The notes under the pieces are model-generated. The model saw only the letters and a program-made list of their open reading frames with translations. It did not search any database and was not told the DNA's origin. Below are positions 10,300-20,599 of a stretch of DNA of 64,000 nt, piece after piece; the stretch's first letter is position 1; each line of letters begins with the position of its first letter. The DNA comes from a virus. The DNA is taken from positions 1-64,000 of the IMG/VR virus record IMGVR_UViG_3300020171_000003; one strand, given 5' to 3'. The position numbers were made by a program, and so were the translations under genes.

Positions 10300-11337
10300 T
10301 TATTCTCTCCTTTTAATAACCCTTCGTAATCCTGTTTTTACAACAGGCTTTACTTCTTCTTCCTTCGGTTCTTCTTTCGGTTCTTCTTCTTTCACAGGAG
10401 GTGTGTCAATGTCTCTTTCTCCTTGATACTCTACATCAGCATCCATTTGTTTTTTCAATCTCTGTAATCTATTATCAATGTTAGAATCTCTTTCTTTTTC
10501 CTGGGAAGGATCATCATTCTCTTGTGAATGCTTTGTTGACGGAGCCCCTTCTACATAAGGTTCTCCATAAAAAGCTTCATAAATTTCTTCATAAGAAGGA
10601 TGGAGAGTAATAACAGATTCTAATGGAAAGATTTGTTCTAAAATCCTGTCTGGAATATCTGCATCTCTATCAACAAATTGGTGACCTGTATATTCTAAAC
10701 TGTCTTGAGCTTTTCCATCTTCATTTTGAAAAGATCCACTTTTTTTAATCCTAAAGAAAACACTTTTACCCAATTCTTTAGAATAATCAGAATATAGAAC
10801 AGCTCCGCCACCTCTGGGTTTTTTAGCAAGTTCTTCAATCTTTGCACCAAAGAACCAATTAGCCACTTCCCAAACTTGAACGCCTTTTGCTTCTTCTTCT
10901 GCTGTATCATGAACCCAAACAAGATAAAACAATCTTCTTTTTGCACTATTGCTTTTCCAAGTAGCTTTATCTCTATTTGTTCTTAGAAATTCAGCAATAG
11001 GATCTTTTTTCTTGTAAGTAAGTGAAGGAGAAACAAAATCATCCGCATTTGATCCTACCCCTTTATACACCCATAAATCAAGAAAAGGAACAGGATCATC
11101 TTCTTTAATTGAATCTGAAGGATAATCTTTTGTTGCAAACCAAGCAAGAACATCAATAAGGTGATCATCCGGTTTAGGATTCCATATTCCTACTCCTTCA
11201 GGAAGTTTTTCTTTAATAATAACACTCCCTCTACTGAACTGCTTTTTATCTTTATTTTCAATAGCTGATTGATGGGAACTTTCCAACTCTTGTTTCTTTT
11301 TTGCCATTTTTCTTCTGAGTTCTTCGGCTGTTGCCAT
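10300..11337 (-). CDS. Single-stranded DNA-binding protein (gp32-like)
   Basis: Lies between RecA and UvsY; DPIAE...KGVQVWE...GKSV pattern; acidic tail. Confidence 0.65.
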   Translation of the reverse strand: MATAEELRRKMAKKKQELESSHQSAIENKDKKQFSRGSVIIKEKLPEGVGIWNPKPDDHLIDVLAWFATKDYPSDSIKEDDPVPFLDLWVYKGVGSNADDFVSPSLTYKKKDPIAEFLRTNRDKATWKSNSAKRRLFYLVWVHDTAEEEAKGVQVWEVANWFFGAKIEELAKKPRGGGAVLYSDYSKELGKSVFFRIKKSGSFQNEDGKAQDSLEYTGHQFVDRDADIPDRILEQIFPLESVITLHPSYEEIYEAFYGEPYVEGAPSTKHSQENDDPSQEKERDSNIDNRLQRLKKQMDADVEYQGERDIDTPPVKEEEPKEEPKEEEVKPVVKTGLRRVIKRRE

Positions 11338-11508
11338 GTTACTTTTCCTTTCGTTTTTTAATGTTTTTGACTATGTTATTAAATACCTTTTCTATTTCTA
11401 TGCATTCTTCATCAGATAAACCGGTAATATGTTGAATTTCAAATCTTTTAGAATTACCTACAAGTATTGCAAAAAGTATATCCTCTAATTTTGCAGTATA
11501 TTCGTTCA

Positions 11509-12024
11509 TTACGTCCTCTTTTTTAAAGTAGTTTTTAAACCAGTCACTTGATCATCAAGCCCTGAATTTTTAGTTCCTACAGTAGTTGCATAATATTCTT
11601 TTAAATATAAATTAGTAATATTTAAGAGAGAATCTTTCCTGTGAACAAAGCTCCAAGAAGCGGCATTTAAAGCCCTTGCTTCATAACTAGCGTCTGCTAA
11701 TCGTTCTTGGATATCAAAATATTCATCATATAGTTTTTTAATACTGTCTTGGGTTAAAACAATAGCTCGTACTGCTGAATCTGTAGGTTTAGATATTCCG
11801 TATGCTTCAGGATCTTTTCTAATTTTTAATTCAATTTCACACCGTTCAATTTTAATTTTTCTATCCAGTTTACTTGCTTGTGCAATCAGAAGTTCTTTAT
11901 CCTTTTCTCTTTTAGAATGTTCCACTTCATAATCATAATATAGAACAGATTGATTATTCCATTCTTCTATAAGATTTAACGGATCAATTTTAACATCTTC
12001 ATGAAAATTTAATTCTTTTGGCAT
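11509..12024 (-). CDS. UvsY-like recombination mediator
   Basis: DVKID..L..E...Q..LY, helical, K.TDSAV, RKDSL. Confidence 0.6.
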   Translation of the reverse strand: MPKELNFHEDVKIDPLNLIEEWNNQSVLYYDYEVEHSKREKDKELLIAQASKLDRKIKIERCEIELKIRKDPEAYGISKPTDSAVRAIVLTQDSIKKLYDEYFDIQERLADASYEARALNAASWSFVHRKDSLLNITNLYLKEYYATTVGTKNSGLDDQVTGLKTTLKKRT

Positions 12025-12081
12025 TTTCTTCTCCTTTACAGTATAATATCATATTTTATAACTATCCACAATAACTACCTT

Positions 12082-13041
12082 TTAGAATAAGTCTTCCTTC
12101 GTAATCGCCATATAAAGCAATAAGTGTAAACCTGTTACTCCATTTCCATACGTTTTTGTTGAATCTGATAAAGTATGAATAGCTTTAGCAATATCTTTTC
12201 TTCCAGAATTTAACAGAACTGCGCCTAAGTAACCTACTATAGCTCGTCTGTTTGTTTCAGCATCTCCTTTCAGATTTTTAACAAAGTCTCTTGCTTTTTT
12301 CCAATCGGTTTCTTGATCAATAAATAGTTTGCAAATATCCCGTATTGTAACATCGGATGAAGAACTTTCATTGATTTTTTCCAACATTAAATCTACATCA
12401 TCCATTTCAATGATAGTATCAAGCAAACTCAATGCTTCTCCTGGAGAACCTCCTGAACATGTAATTATTTTATCTATAACAGGAGAAAGTAGTTCTATTG
12501 AATCAGTTTCAAAACCTTCTTGATCTAAAATCCAATTTAATTGTTTACGCATTTCCGGAACATTCAATAGATTAACTTCAAATACCGCACATCTTCTATG
12601 AATAGCTTTTTTAAGAATTTCTCCTATTCTTTCAAATTCAGAAGTACAGAAGGCGAAGAAAGTATTTCCTGGAGGATGTTCTAATAGATCAAGAAAACAA
12701 TTCCAAGCTTCTGGAGTTAAGCCGTGAGCTTCTTCAAACAGATACATCTTTGCTTTTCCAGCAGATGCTCCATATAAACAATCTTCTGCTATCTTTCGTG
12801 CTGTGTCGATTCCTCTGGTATTTGAAGTATTATATTTATAGAAATCAAAGTCTACAATTCCTAAGGCCTCTTTTACAATTCTTGCAAGAGTTGTTTTACC
12901 ACATCCCGGAGGTCCTGTAAATAGATAAGCAGGTCTTGGATCTTCCCTTGTAAGAATTTTTTCAAGACTTTCCTTAACAGAAGTATTTCCCCAAAGTTCT
13001 TCAATTGTTTTTGGTCTATATTTAATTGGTAAACTATCCAT
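12082..13041 (-). CDS. Clamp loader AAA+ subunit (DnaX gamma/tau-like)
   Basis: KYRP, GPPGCGKTT, FEEAH, LLEHPP, RRC. Confidence 0.9.
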   Translation of the reverse strand: MDSLPIKYRPKTIEELWGNTSVKESLEKILTREDPRPAYLFTGPPGCGKTTLARIVKEALGIVDFDFYKYNTSNTRGIDTARKIAEDCLYGASAGKAKMYLFEEAHGLTPEAWNCFLDLLEHPPGNTFFAFCTSEFERIGEILKKAIHRRCAVFEVNLLNVPEMRKQLNWILDQEGFETDSIELLSPVIDKIITCSGGSPGEALSLLDTIIEMDDVDLMLEKINESSSSDVTIRDICKLFIDQETDWKKARDFVKNLKGDAETNRRAIVGYLGAVLLNSGRKDIAKAIHTLSDSTKTYGNGVTGLHLLLYMAITKEDLF

Positions 13042-13287
13042 GATGAAGTGTTCCCCTTTTCACATAAGATTTAAAGTTATTTGCAAGACACCATTTATTT
13101 ACTGAATTAGGACATTTTTTTATATCTGGTTCATAAAATTCACACGTTTCACATTTGGTTTCTTTTGTATCAGTAAAAATCCATTTAGCTTCTTTATATG
13201 GGAAAAAAGCACATTTAACAGGTTTATTGTTTGGAGGAATTTCTGTTTCAATGCTACATTTTAGAAGACATTTATGGCATTTATAAC

Positions 13288-13551
13288 TCATTTCTTTTCT
13301 CCTTTGTGAAAAGCTATTCCAGCAATATGGGCAATTTTTAGAAAATCAAGTTGATCCTGTCCTTCTCTTGCATTTTTACCGTTTCTTTTGCAATATTTTT
13401 CAATTGCTCTAACACAATCTTTCACAGTCCATTCAGTAATAGGATCATTGGGATAATCTCCGTATTGAGGTACTGTATAATTTTTTACATGTTCTTTCAC
13501 AATACCTGAAATTCTTTCCCATTCTTCCTCTCTATAAGAATTTTCCCCCAT
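13288..13551 (-). CDS. Small helical protein, possible all-alpha NTP pyrophosphatase
   Basis: KY..R......DFLKIAH pattern; adjacent to MazG. Confidence 0.35.
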   Translation of the reverse strand: MGENSYREEEWERISGIVKEHVKNYTVPQYGDYPNDPITEWTVKDCVRAIEKYCKRNGKNAREGQDQLDFLKIAHIAGIAFHKGEKK

Positions 13552-13867
13552 GACGAAACTCCCTTATTTTATTATATTCGTGTTTAATCAAAAGTGCTTC
13601 TTCTAAATCAATCCCTTTGCCTTGACAAAAATCCATAATTCTTATGATAACATCTGCTAATTCTATTGCAATTCCTTCTGGTTTATTTGGTTTTTCTGGA
13701 TTAGTATAAATTTCTTTTAATGCTTTTCCTTTTCTAAATTCTTCAAATGCTTCCGATATTTCTGAATGATATAAAGAACATTCATCACCAAACCATTTTT
13801 CTTTTTCCCACCATCCTTTATCTTTTGAATTAGTATGAACCAATCTCATAATTTCACTAAAATCCAT
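13532..13867 (-). CDS. MazG-like nucleotide pyrophosphohydrolase
   Basis: HSEISEAFEE...ELADVIIRIMD...K..YN..R..RHGGK. Confidence 0.85.
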   Translation of the reverse strand: MDFSEIMRLVHTNSKDKGWWEKEKWFGDECSLYHSEISEAFEEFRKGKALKEIYTNPEKPNKPEGIAIELADVIIRIMDFCQGKGIDLEEALLIKHEYNKIREFRHGGKFL

Positions 13868-14017
13868 TATTTCTCTTCCTTTCTTAATTCTGTAAATCGT
13901 TTCATTAATATTTGACCTATTTCCATATACACACCGTACATTCTTGCTACTTTATCCGGATGCTTTAATTTATCTGATAATTTTTCTATTTCCTCAGCTA
14001 TTGTTTCGTATGTCATT

Positions 14018-16600
14018 TTAATCCTCAAAAATTATAGGTTTTTTATCTACCCAACTTCCGTTTATTTCAGTAATTTCAATATCAAATTTTAATGGAAGAA
14101 AAATCCAAGGGTGAGTTTCTACAACTTCAATAGTGGTAATATCCAACAAAGTGTTTACAACATCGTCTTCTTCTTCCGGCCACACATGCATACAACCTGA
14201 GTCATGAACATTCCCAGCAAAACGAGACTTCCATTTATTCTTCTCTATTTCTTCTTGCATTCTATTGAGTGCCCACATTAAAATATGGTGAGCAGTTCCT
14301 TGAATGCCTAAATTTGTAACATCTTTCTCTTGCATGTAACCAGAAAACTTAAATCCAAAGAATGTTTCAATGTATCCGTGTTTTCTGTAAAAAGCATTAA
14401 TATCTTTTCTCCATTGATCATATTCAAAGAAACGATCTCCCCAGAATATTTCTTCCACTGCTTTACAATGATCTTCAAATGCTTTATATGTTTTTATTCC
14501 TTTGGATGCTAAATGATCTCGCATAGGTGTGCCATCCATTAAACACATTTCATGCGTATCCATAAAATTATTCCACAAATTCTTAGCACAAGATTTGAAA
14601 TAAGAACCATAGAATTGAGGAAATACCCAACCATTTTTCCCTGAATGTCGTATTTGTTTTGTTATTTCATTTTTATTTAGAATCCAAATATCTGAGGCTG
14701 TATCTCTATGCATATCAGTAGTAGAATCTTGAAGGTACTTAATCATGTTTTTATCTTTGTGATAGAAACATCCGGTGTACACTTCGATTCCACTATAATC
14801 ACCTTCTAAAAACTTATATCCATCTAAAGCTTTCAATCCTTTTCTTATAATTTGTTTTGCTTCTTCATCTCTTGCAGGTATATTCTGAAAGTTCGGATCA
14901 CTGGATTCTGATCTCAAAGAAATAGCTTTTGAGTGACTGAAACTTGGATGAATCTTACCGTTTACTGTAACATCTAAAAATCCTCTTAAATAAGTTCCTG
15001 CAATTTTTTCAAGCTTTCTACAATCTAAAAGATCGGAAACAAAGAATGAGTCTATTTTATCCAGAGCTTCTTTATCTACTGAATAATTTTTCTCTGTTTT
15101 GTCGGTGTAAACTTTTGGGAAATTCATTACTTCATAGAAAAGTAAACCTAAATCTTGATTAGAAGTAAGCAAAGGTGTTCTTTTAAATTTCTTTTCAAAT
15201 GCTTTTACTTCTTTAGACTGGAGCATATTTTCTTCCAGTTTCTTTATCCGTTTTTCTATCTTTTCAATTGAAGAATGAAAATATTCCTCATCTACTCTCA
15301 TTCCTGTTTCTGTCATACCAGAAAAGTTAATAGATGATTCAGCCAAAATCTTTCTACCTTCGTCACAAGATTTTGGAAAGTTTTGTACTTGCTTCTGAAA
15401 TAATTGAAATCCGTATAATGAATCGTATGCTCCGTATTCTAACAATTCTTTTAACGGAATTTGTTCTACTTTATTAAAAGGTTTTCCTTTTAAATATCCT
15501 TCAATGTGTTTATCATACGGACGAATACCAAACTCACGATATACTTGATATTTTAATCCACTTCCTGCTCGTCTATTATCTGTGCATCTTGCTGTCAATT
15601 GAGTACACCAATGCCAATTAGCAGGTTTTGTTTTTAAAAGAACACTACTCCATAAATCTTCAAATTGAATATTTTGTGCCACTTTCTTTATATCAGGATT
15701 TAAAAGAATTTTTGTCCATCGTGTTTTTATTGCTTCTTTTTCTTTTTCTGTAAAAATAGAAGTGTGATCATAAGGAAAAGAATAAGCACGGTACAGTTCA
15801 GTTGCAAAGGACATTGAAACAATTTTGTGTCCTGGATAGAACGGTTTTAGTCCTGTTGTTTCATAATCAAAGAAGAAATATTCAGGAGATACTTTTATCA
15901 CTTTATCTAGCGTTTCACATATATCATCACAATCTGTTAAAATATCAATATCCGACGTTGTAGAATCGAGGATATCGAACGGTCTCCTGTCAAGACACTC
16001 AACAGCATGTCTCAGATCATGTTGAAAAAAGGATTTAAAATTTTCTTCTCTACTTTTAGACAATGCAAGAGAAGGATGAAACATTGGTAAGATATAAGTT
16101 TGATATTTTTTATCAGGTATGCATAATCCTCTCCACCTTTCCATAGTTTTGTTTTTAAAATCATCTCCAAGTAAACATTCTAACGCACTTGTTCCAAATG
16201 TCCAAATAAAAGTAGGCTTTAGATATTGAATTGCTCTTTCTATTTCAGGTTTACAAAAGTATATTTCTTCTTTGCTCGGTTTTCTATCTGTATCTTTGGT
16301 ATGAGTTCTGCAAGCAACTGTGTTTATTTTCCAACAATCTTTTTCTAAATCAATTCCTAAATCTTGCAAACTGTTTTTTAAAAAGTTTCCGTCTGAACCT
16401 GATAATACTTTTCCGTAACTATCTTCTTGTTTACTCGGTGACTCTGATAAGATAAGGATTCTTTTCTCACCTTTACCAGAGTGTTTCATTTTAGGAGTGT
16501 TTGCATAACGATACAGACCACATTGCAAACACTCCGGTTCTTTACTGTTAAAGAAAACCTTTGTTTTCTTTTCAAGAAATTCTTTGGAAAAAAGTTCCAT
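14018..16600 (-). CDS. Family A DNA polymerase with N-terminal UDG family-4-like domain and 3'-5' exonuclease
   Basis: CxxC and FHPS (UDG-like); FDYETTG exo; PNFQNIP, DYSGIE, K...FYG, IQG, VHDS. Confidence 0.9.
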   Translation of the reverse strand: MELFSKEFLEKKTKVFFNSKEPECLQCGLYRYANTPKMKHSGKGEKRILILSESPSKQEDSYGKVLSGSDGNFLKNSLQDLGIDLEKDCWKINTVACRTHTKDTDRKPSKEEIYFCKPEIERAIQYLKPTFIWTFGTSALECLLGDDFKNKTMERWRGLCIPDKKYQTYILPMFHPSLALSKSREENFKSFFQHDLRHAVECLDRRPFDILDSTTSDIDILTDCDDICETLDKVIKVSPEYFFFDYETTGLKPFYPGHKIVSMSFATELYRAYSFPYDHTSIFTEKEKEAIKTRWTKILLNPDIKKVAQNIQFEDLWSSVLLKTKPANWHWCTQLTARCTDNRRAGSGLKYQVYREFGIRPYDKHIEGYLKGKPFNKVEQIPLKELLEYGAYDSLYGFQLFQKQVQNFPKSCDEGRKILAESSINFSGMTETGMRVDEEYFHSSIEKIEKRIKKLEENMLQSKEVKAFEKKFKRTPLLTSNQDLGLLFYEVMNFPKVYTDKTEKNYSVDKEALDKIDSFFVSDLLDCRKLEKIAGTYLRGFLDVTVNGKIHPSFSHSKAISLRSESSDPNFQNIPARDEEAKQIIRKGLKALDGYKFLEGDYSGIEVYTGCFYHKDKNMIKYLQDSTTDMHRDTASDIWILNKNEITKQIRHSGKNGWVFPQFYGSYFKSCAKNLWNNFMDTHEMCLMDGTPMRDHLASKGIKTYKAFEDHCKAVEEIFWGDRFFEYDQWRKDINAFYRKHGYIETFFGFKFSGYMQEKDVTNLGIQGTAHHILMWALNRMQEEIEKNKWKSRFAGNVHDSGCMHVWPEEEDDVVNTLLDITTIEVVETHPWIFLPLKFDIEITEINGSWVDKKPIIFED

Positions 16601-16610
16601 GAGTGTTCCT

Positions 16611-17690
16611 TTATTTAAATGGTAGTATATGTTGGAATTTAGATCCGGAAGTGAATAAAGCTTTTTTTATCTCTGTGTCAATTTCAACAGAAGAAGAGGT
16701 TGAAAGAATTTCTTTAAGAAAATCAGGATTAAGAGTGATTTCCATTTTCTCATCCTTTTGCAGAACAGTATCACAAGTGATTTCATAAGATGATTCACCT
16801 TTTGCTTTCTTTCCAAAGCAAGTGATTTTCTTATCTTCAAAAATAATCCGAATTAATTTCTCCTTTGCTACTTCTGATTCCGACATAATAGAAGTAACAT
16901 TTATTGCTTTAATGAAATCATCAGCAGGTAAATTGAATTTCTTACCTTTTACTTTTTCCATTAATCCAACAACATCATCAACAGGATATTCACCTTCTGT
17001 ATTTCTTGCACTTAATACAGCTTGATTATCATCCATAAAATGCAACCAATTATCTTTTAATAGATAAGCAACTGGTTTAAATTTAGCAACTTCTTTAACC
17101 GCTTTGTTTTTGATCATGAAATAATCGGAAGTAATTTCCTCATCCATTTCATAAAAAGAAGCTCGTCTACCGTCACAAGAAATAACAGAACATCCGGTAA
17201 CATAAAGATTTGTGAGTGTGTTTTGAAGTTCATCACCTCCAACACTAAATTGGCAAAGAGCTAAACCGTTTACAAAGTCTTTCGGCAAAGGTAACCATTC
17301 TGCTTCTTGATCAAAAATACTATCCTCAATCTTGTCTAAGGCTTCTCCTAAATCATTTGATACAACAACATTGAAAGACGCTTTAGCTTTACCACTCTTT
17401 ACATTAATAATACCTTCGGCTGTTTTGATCAGTTGGATATCTTCTTCACTTGCAGACACAAAAGACAGGAACTCTTTTGCTGGTACAGAAAATGGAAAAT
17501 CAGTTTTAAAAGGATAGTGATAACTGATTCTATCATTATAGGTTATTACATCTTCACCGGTGAAAATGAAATGAGTCATTTGCTCGATGACCTCTTTTGC
17601 GGCTAAGCCTGGCGAAACCTTCCTCAAAGCTGATTCGAGGAGACTCTTTTGGAACTGTGTTGACTGAATTTCTTTTTGTAATTTTGGCAT
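16611..17690 (-). CDS. DNA sliding clamp (DnaN beta-like)
   Basis: 359 aa; SCDGRR, GEYP, LNPDFL..IL, C-terminal HILP. Confidence 0.8.
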   Translation of the reverse strand: MPKLQKEIQSTQFQKSLLESALRKVSPGLAAKEVIEQMTHFIFTGEDVITYNDRISYHYPFKTDFPFSVPAKEFLSFVSASEEDIQLIKTAEGIINVKSGKAKASFNVVVSNDLGEALDKIEDSIFDQEAEWLPLPKDFVNGLALCQFSVGGDELQNTLTNLYVTGCSVISCDGRRASFYEMDEEITSDYFMIKNKAVKEVAKFKPVAYLLKDNWLHFMDDNQAVLSARNTEGEYPVDDVVGLMEKVKGKKFNLPADDFIKAINVTSIMSESEVAKEKLIRIIFEDKKITCFGKKAKGESSYEITCDTVLQKDEKMEITLNPDFLKEILSTSSSVEIDTEIKKALFTSGSKFQHILPFK

Positions 17691-18684
17691 CTGGTCTTTC
17701 TCCTTTTTTCAAACATAAAATGTTTTCAGAATTGTTTTCAAACCAATATGAAATTAATCTACGATATGTACCATCTATTTCTATAACTTTTCCGGACACC
17801 TCCACTTCTCTGTCATAGTTTAACATTTGAGGAAAGTTTCCTGCAAAAAACAAATTTAAATCCATTTGTTTTCCTGCTTCAAGATAAAAAAGCATATTAA
17901 TGAAATCTCGCTGACTACCATCATTACATACTCCTGGTTCTATTATTTCTTCTTTACCGTTATTCATTACAGAAGAACCAACTTTAAATCCTAAACTTTC
18001 AATGTATTCTTTAAAATATCTTTTTTCTATTTTTGAGGAAGTTTGATAGTGTTTATTTTGTTCATTTCTTCTTGGACTTCTTTCTGACATTGTTACTATC
18101 CAAGGGATCTCATTAAACACATATTTATTTTTTCGTGTTTTCGGAATAATAATGAGGCCGTATCTTGAGAACTGGACCCAAGAACTTGAATCAACAGAGT
18201 ACCAAGGATATCTATTCATAAGAGGTAAAGAAGTCATGGCAAAACCGTGAGTATTCTTTTTGCCAATCATACTGAAAACTTTGTCACCGAAAGATATGTA
18301 ATCTTTTTTTGACATATCTTGACCGAGTCCTCCTATACCGATATATTCATAATTATCAATATAGTGTTTCAAGTATTTAAAATCTTCTTTAGGGTGAAAG
18401 ACAGGTAAAGGGTTTAAATGATGTTTTTCTTCCAAATACTTCTGAACTTTTAAGGTTCCTTCTGCATTAAAGATTACGTCAATATTAACATATAATTCTA
18501 ACAAGTCAACATTTTTCTTTACATATTCCGCATAGTTATCAACGTAGGTCCAAAACTCTTCGGAGTCATAAAAGGAAAAATCAAGTGTAGAAACATCTTT
18601 CCTTTCTTTTTGTTTGTTAATAACATGTTCGGTGTAAAGGGAATGCGCTCCTGAATCAAGAAATACTTTTATATTTGGATTCAT
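17554..18684 (-). CDS. dpdA: DpdA-like (TGT-family) DNA guanine transglycosylase
   Basis: FLDSGAHS, NIDVI, PLPVFH, IGIGG, HGFA, SVDSSSW; neighbours folE/queD/queE; start MNPNIK at 18684. Confidence 0.75.
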   Translation of the reverse strand: MNPNIKVFLDSGAHSLYTEHVINKQKERKDVSTLDFSFYDSEEFWTYVDNYAEYVKKNVDLLELYVNIDVIFNAEGTLKVQKYLEEKHHLNPLPVFHPKEDFKYLKHYIDNYEYIGIGGLGQDMSKKDYISFGDKVFSMIGKKNTHGFAMTSLPLMNRYPWYSVDSSSWVQFSRYGLIIIPKTRKNKYVFNEIPWIVTMSERSPRRNEQNKHYQTSSKIEKRYFKEYIESLGFKVGSSVMNNGKEEIIEPGVCNDGSQRDFINMLFYLEAGKQMDLNLFFAGNFPQMLNYDREVEVSGKVIEIDGTYRRLISYWFENNSENILCLKKGERPDAKITKRNSVNTVPKESPRISFEEGFARLSRKRGHRANDSFHFHR

Positions 18685-18685
18685 T

Positions 18686-19777
18686 TTATTTCTTTTTATA
18701 AAGTGGGTTCTCTGTTTTTCCTGTAAACATGATATCCAAGCATCTTTCAAAAGATTGATCAAAAGATGTATAAAGATAATCCCACTTTCTTGGGATTTCA
18801 TCAATATGCCGCATTATCATTTTTGCTGCCGATCTTACATCTTTTTTAACATAAAGAAATTCTTGGGGTAAACATTCCGGAAACGATCTGAAATAAGGAT
18901 AAACAGGACGACAATCACAAGTAAGTGCTTCAAGTAAGGTCCAAGAAACCCAATCCTGATCTGCACAATTGAATTGAATTTTAGATTCCAATAAATTGAA
19001 ATAGTATTCTTCTTTGGTTAAATTTGTTTTGACTTCAATATAATCTTTTAAATAAGAAGGTATAGAAGGCTCTTTACTGCTTGAAGTTGTGACAAGAAAC
19101 TTTGGCGGATCCTGATACATTTGATTCATATAAGATACCACATTGAGAAAAAACTTAGGATCTTTTTCAGTATCCCATCTACTTGTAAAGATAACTTGTC
19201 TTTTCTTTTTCGGCAATACTTCTGGAAAGTGTGTTTTCACTTCTAAAGATTGATAAGGAAGACCTGTTAGATAAACTTTTGGTCCTATATTATTCATTTT
19301 ACAAAGGTCTTGAAGTTCAGTACTTGTTACAAATATTCCGTTAAATATTTTACCATACCCTACTTCTAAAGGACGCATCCAACTTCTCATGCTGTAAGTG
19401 AAATCAAAAATATCAACGGATTGAGCATGAAGCATGGAAAAATATTTTAAATTTAAATCGGTTAGTTCATCTGCATATTTAATCGCTTCAATTCCTGGAG
19501 TCCAGAAATCATCGAAATAAAGAATATCGCCACGCCTTACTATACCGTTATGCATTGCTTCAAGAAAATAAGCTACTTGGGTTAAAGACCAGATACCTCT
19601 GCCGTGTGCATCAAGAACAGAACCTTGTTTAATTTCATCAGTAAAACGCTTACCCTCTACTCTTGTATAAGCAATATCTCTTTTTTTAAGAACAGATTCA
19701 ATCCAACCATCATCTTTTCTTGATAGTTGCATAGTGTATCTTTCTTTATACGGTTCTAACGGAAAGTACCAGAGCAT
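18686..19777 (-). CDS. GT-B glycosyltransferase
   Basis: FTSRWDTEKDP, LTKEEYY, Q-D-W-VSWTLLEA..C.PVYP..RSFPE donor-binding segment. Confidence 0.75.
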   Translation of the reverse strand: MLWYFPLEPYKERYTMQLSRKDDGWIESVLKKRDIAYTRVEGKRFTDEIKQGSVLDAHGRGIWSLTQVAYFLEAMHNGIVRRGDILYFDDFWTPGIEAIKYADELTDLNLKYFSMLHAQSVDIFDFTYSMRSWMRPLEVGYGKIFNGIFVTSTELQDLCKMNNIGPKVYLTGLPYQSLEVKTHFPEVLPKKKRQVIFTSRWDTEKDPKFFLNVVSYMNQMYQDPPKFLVTTSSSKEPSIPSYLKDYIEVKTNLTKEEYYFNLLESKIQFNCADQDWVSWTLLEALTCDCRPVYPYFRSFPECLPQEFLYVKKDVRSAAKMIMRHIDEIPRKWDYLYTSFDQSFERCLDIMFTGKTENPLYKKK

Positions 19778-19788
19778 AACTTTTCTCC

Positions 19789-20259
19789 TTATAAGATTGT
19801 TTTATCTTGTTTATATAACGGATCATCCAAGCGGGTAACTTTACCTTTTAGGTGATGAACACTCCACCATTTCAATCTGTCTTTAAATACCAATTTAAAA
19901 TCTGTGATATACAAAGTTTGGGATTTAGATTTATAAGTATAAGGTAAAGCAAGAACTACCCGCATGAATGTCCTATCAAAAAACTTTTCAGGAATAAAAT
20001 CTAATTGTTTGGGATATTCTATTTCAATTACAATTTCATATTCATGGTCTTTCAAAAAAGAAAAAATTTCCTCAGCATTGTAAGGAGGCCCTGGATTATT
20101 ATCAGCCCCAAAATAAATTCTTCTAATATCCCGGTTATCTTCTAATGCTTTAATTATCTCCAAAAGTTTTATATATCTATCACCAACAAAAAGAGTTTTT
20201 GTCTTTCTTTTTGGACCTTCTACTTCTATTCCTGTGAAAAGTCGTCTCTTAATCATAAA
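19789..20259 (-). CDS. Hypothetical protein in the deazaguanine cluster
   Basis: FTGIEVEG..TLFV...IYFGA; packed tightly between DpdL-like and GT genes. Confidence 0.55.
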   Translation of the reverse strand, partial: FMIKRRLFTGIEVEGPKRKTKTLFVGDRYIKLLEIIKALEDNRDIRRIYFGADNNPGPPYNAEEIFSFLKDHEYEIVIEIEYPKQLDFIPEKFFDRTFMRVVLALPYTYKSKSQTLYITDFKLVFKDRLKWWSVHHLKGKVTRLDDPLYKQDKTIL

Positions 20260-20596
20260 ACACCTCAGCTCCGTTCTCACCATCCTCCATTACACAAACG
20301 TAAACAACATGATATCCAATGCCTTCTTTCATATCTGCATAAAGTTCATTACATAAATGCTCACAAGATAAGCCGGAATAATTTCTATTCACATAACTTT
20401 CTCCGATAATACTATCCAGATCATTTTTAGCTGTTATAAATTCCACATCTCTATTTTCATGCTCTACTCTGATTTTCATTGTTACATGAAACTCATGTCG
20501 GTGAATGCTTCTAAGATAATGTACTTCTTGAGGAGCATCAGGCCAATTATGAAATGCAGGGAATCTTGTGTTAATAATTACGTTTGTTGGATTCAT
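20249..20596 (-). CDS. dpdL: QueD-like T-fold protein, DpdL-type
   Basis: FHNWP..LRSIHRHEF (LxxxHRHxF instead of QueD CxxxHGH), SCE, EDGENGA. Confidence 0.7.
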   Translation of the reverse strand: MNPTNVIINTRFPAFHNWPDAPQEVHYLRSIHRHEFHVTMKIRVEHENRDVEFITAKNDLDSIIGESYVNRNYSGLSCEHLCNELYADMKEGIGYHVVYVCVMEDGENGAEVFYD

Positions 20597-20599
20597 TGT

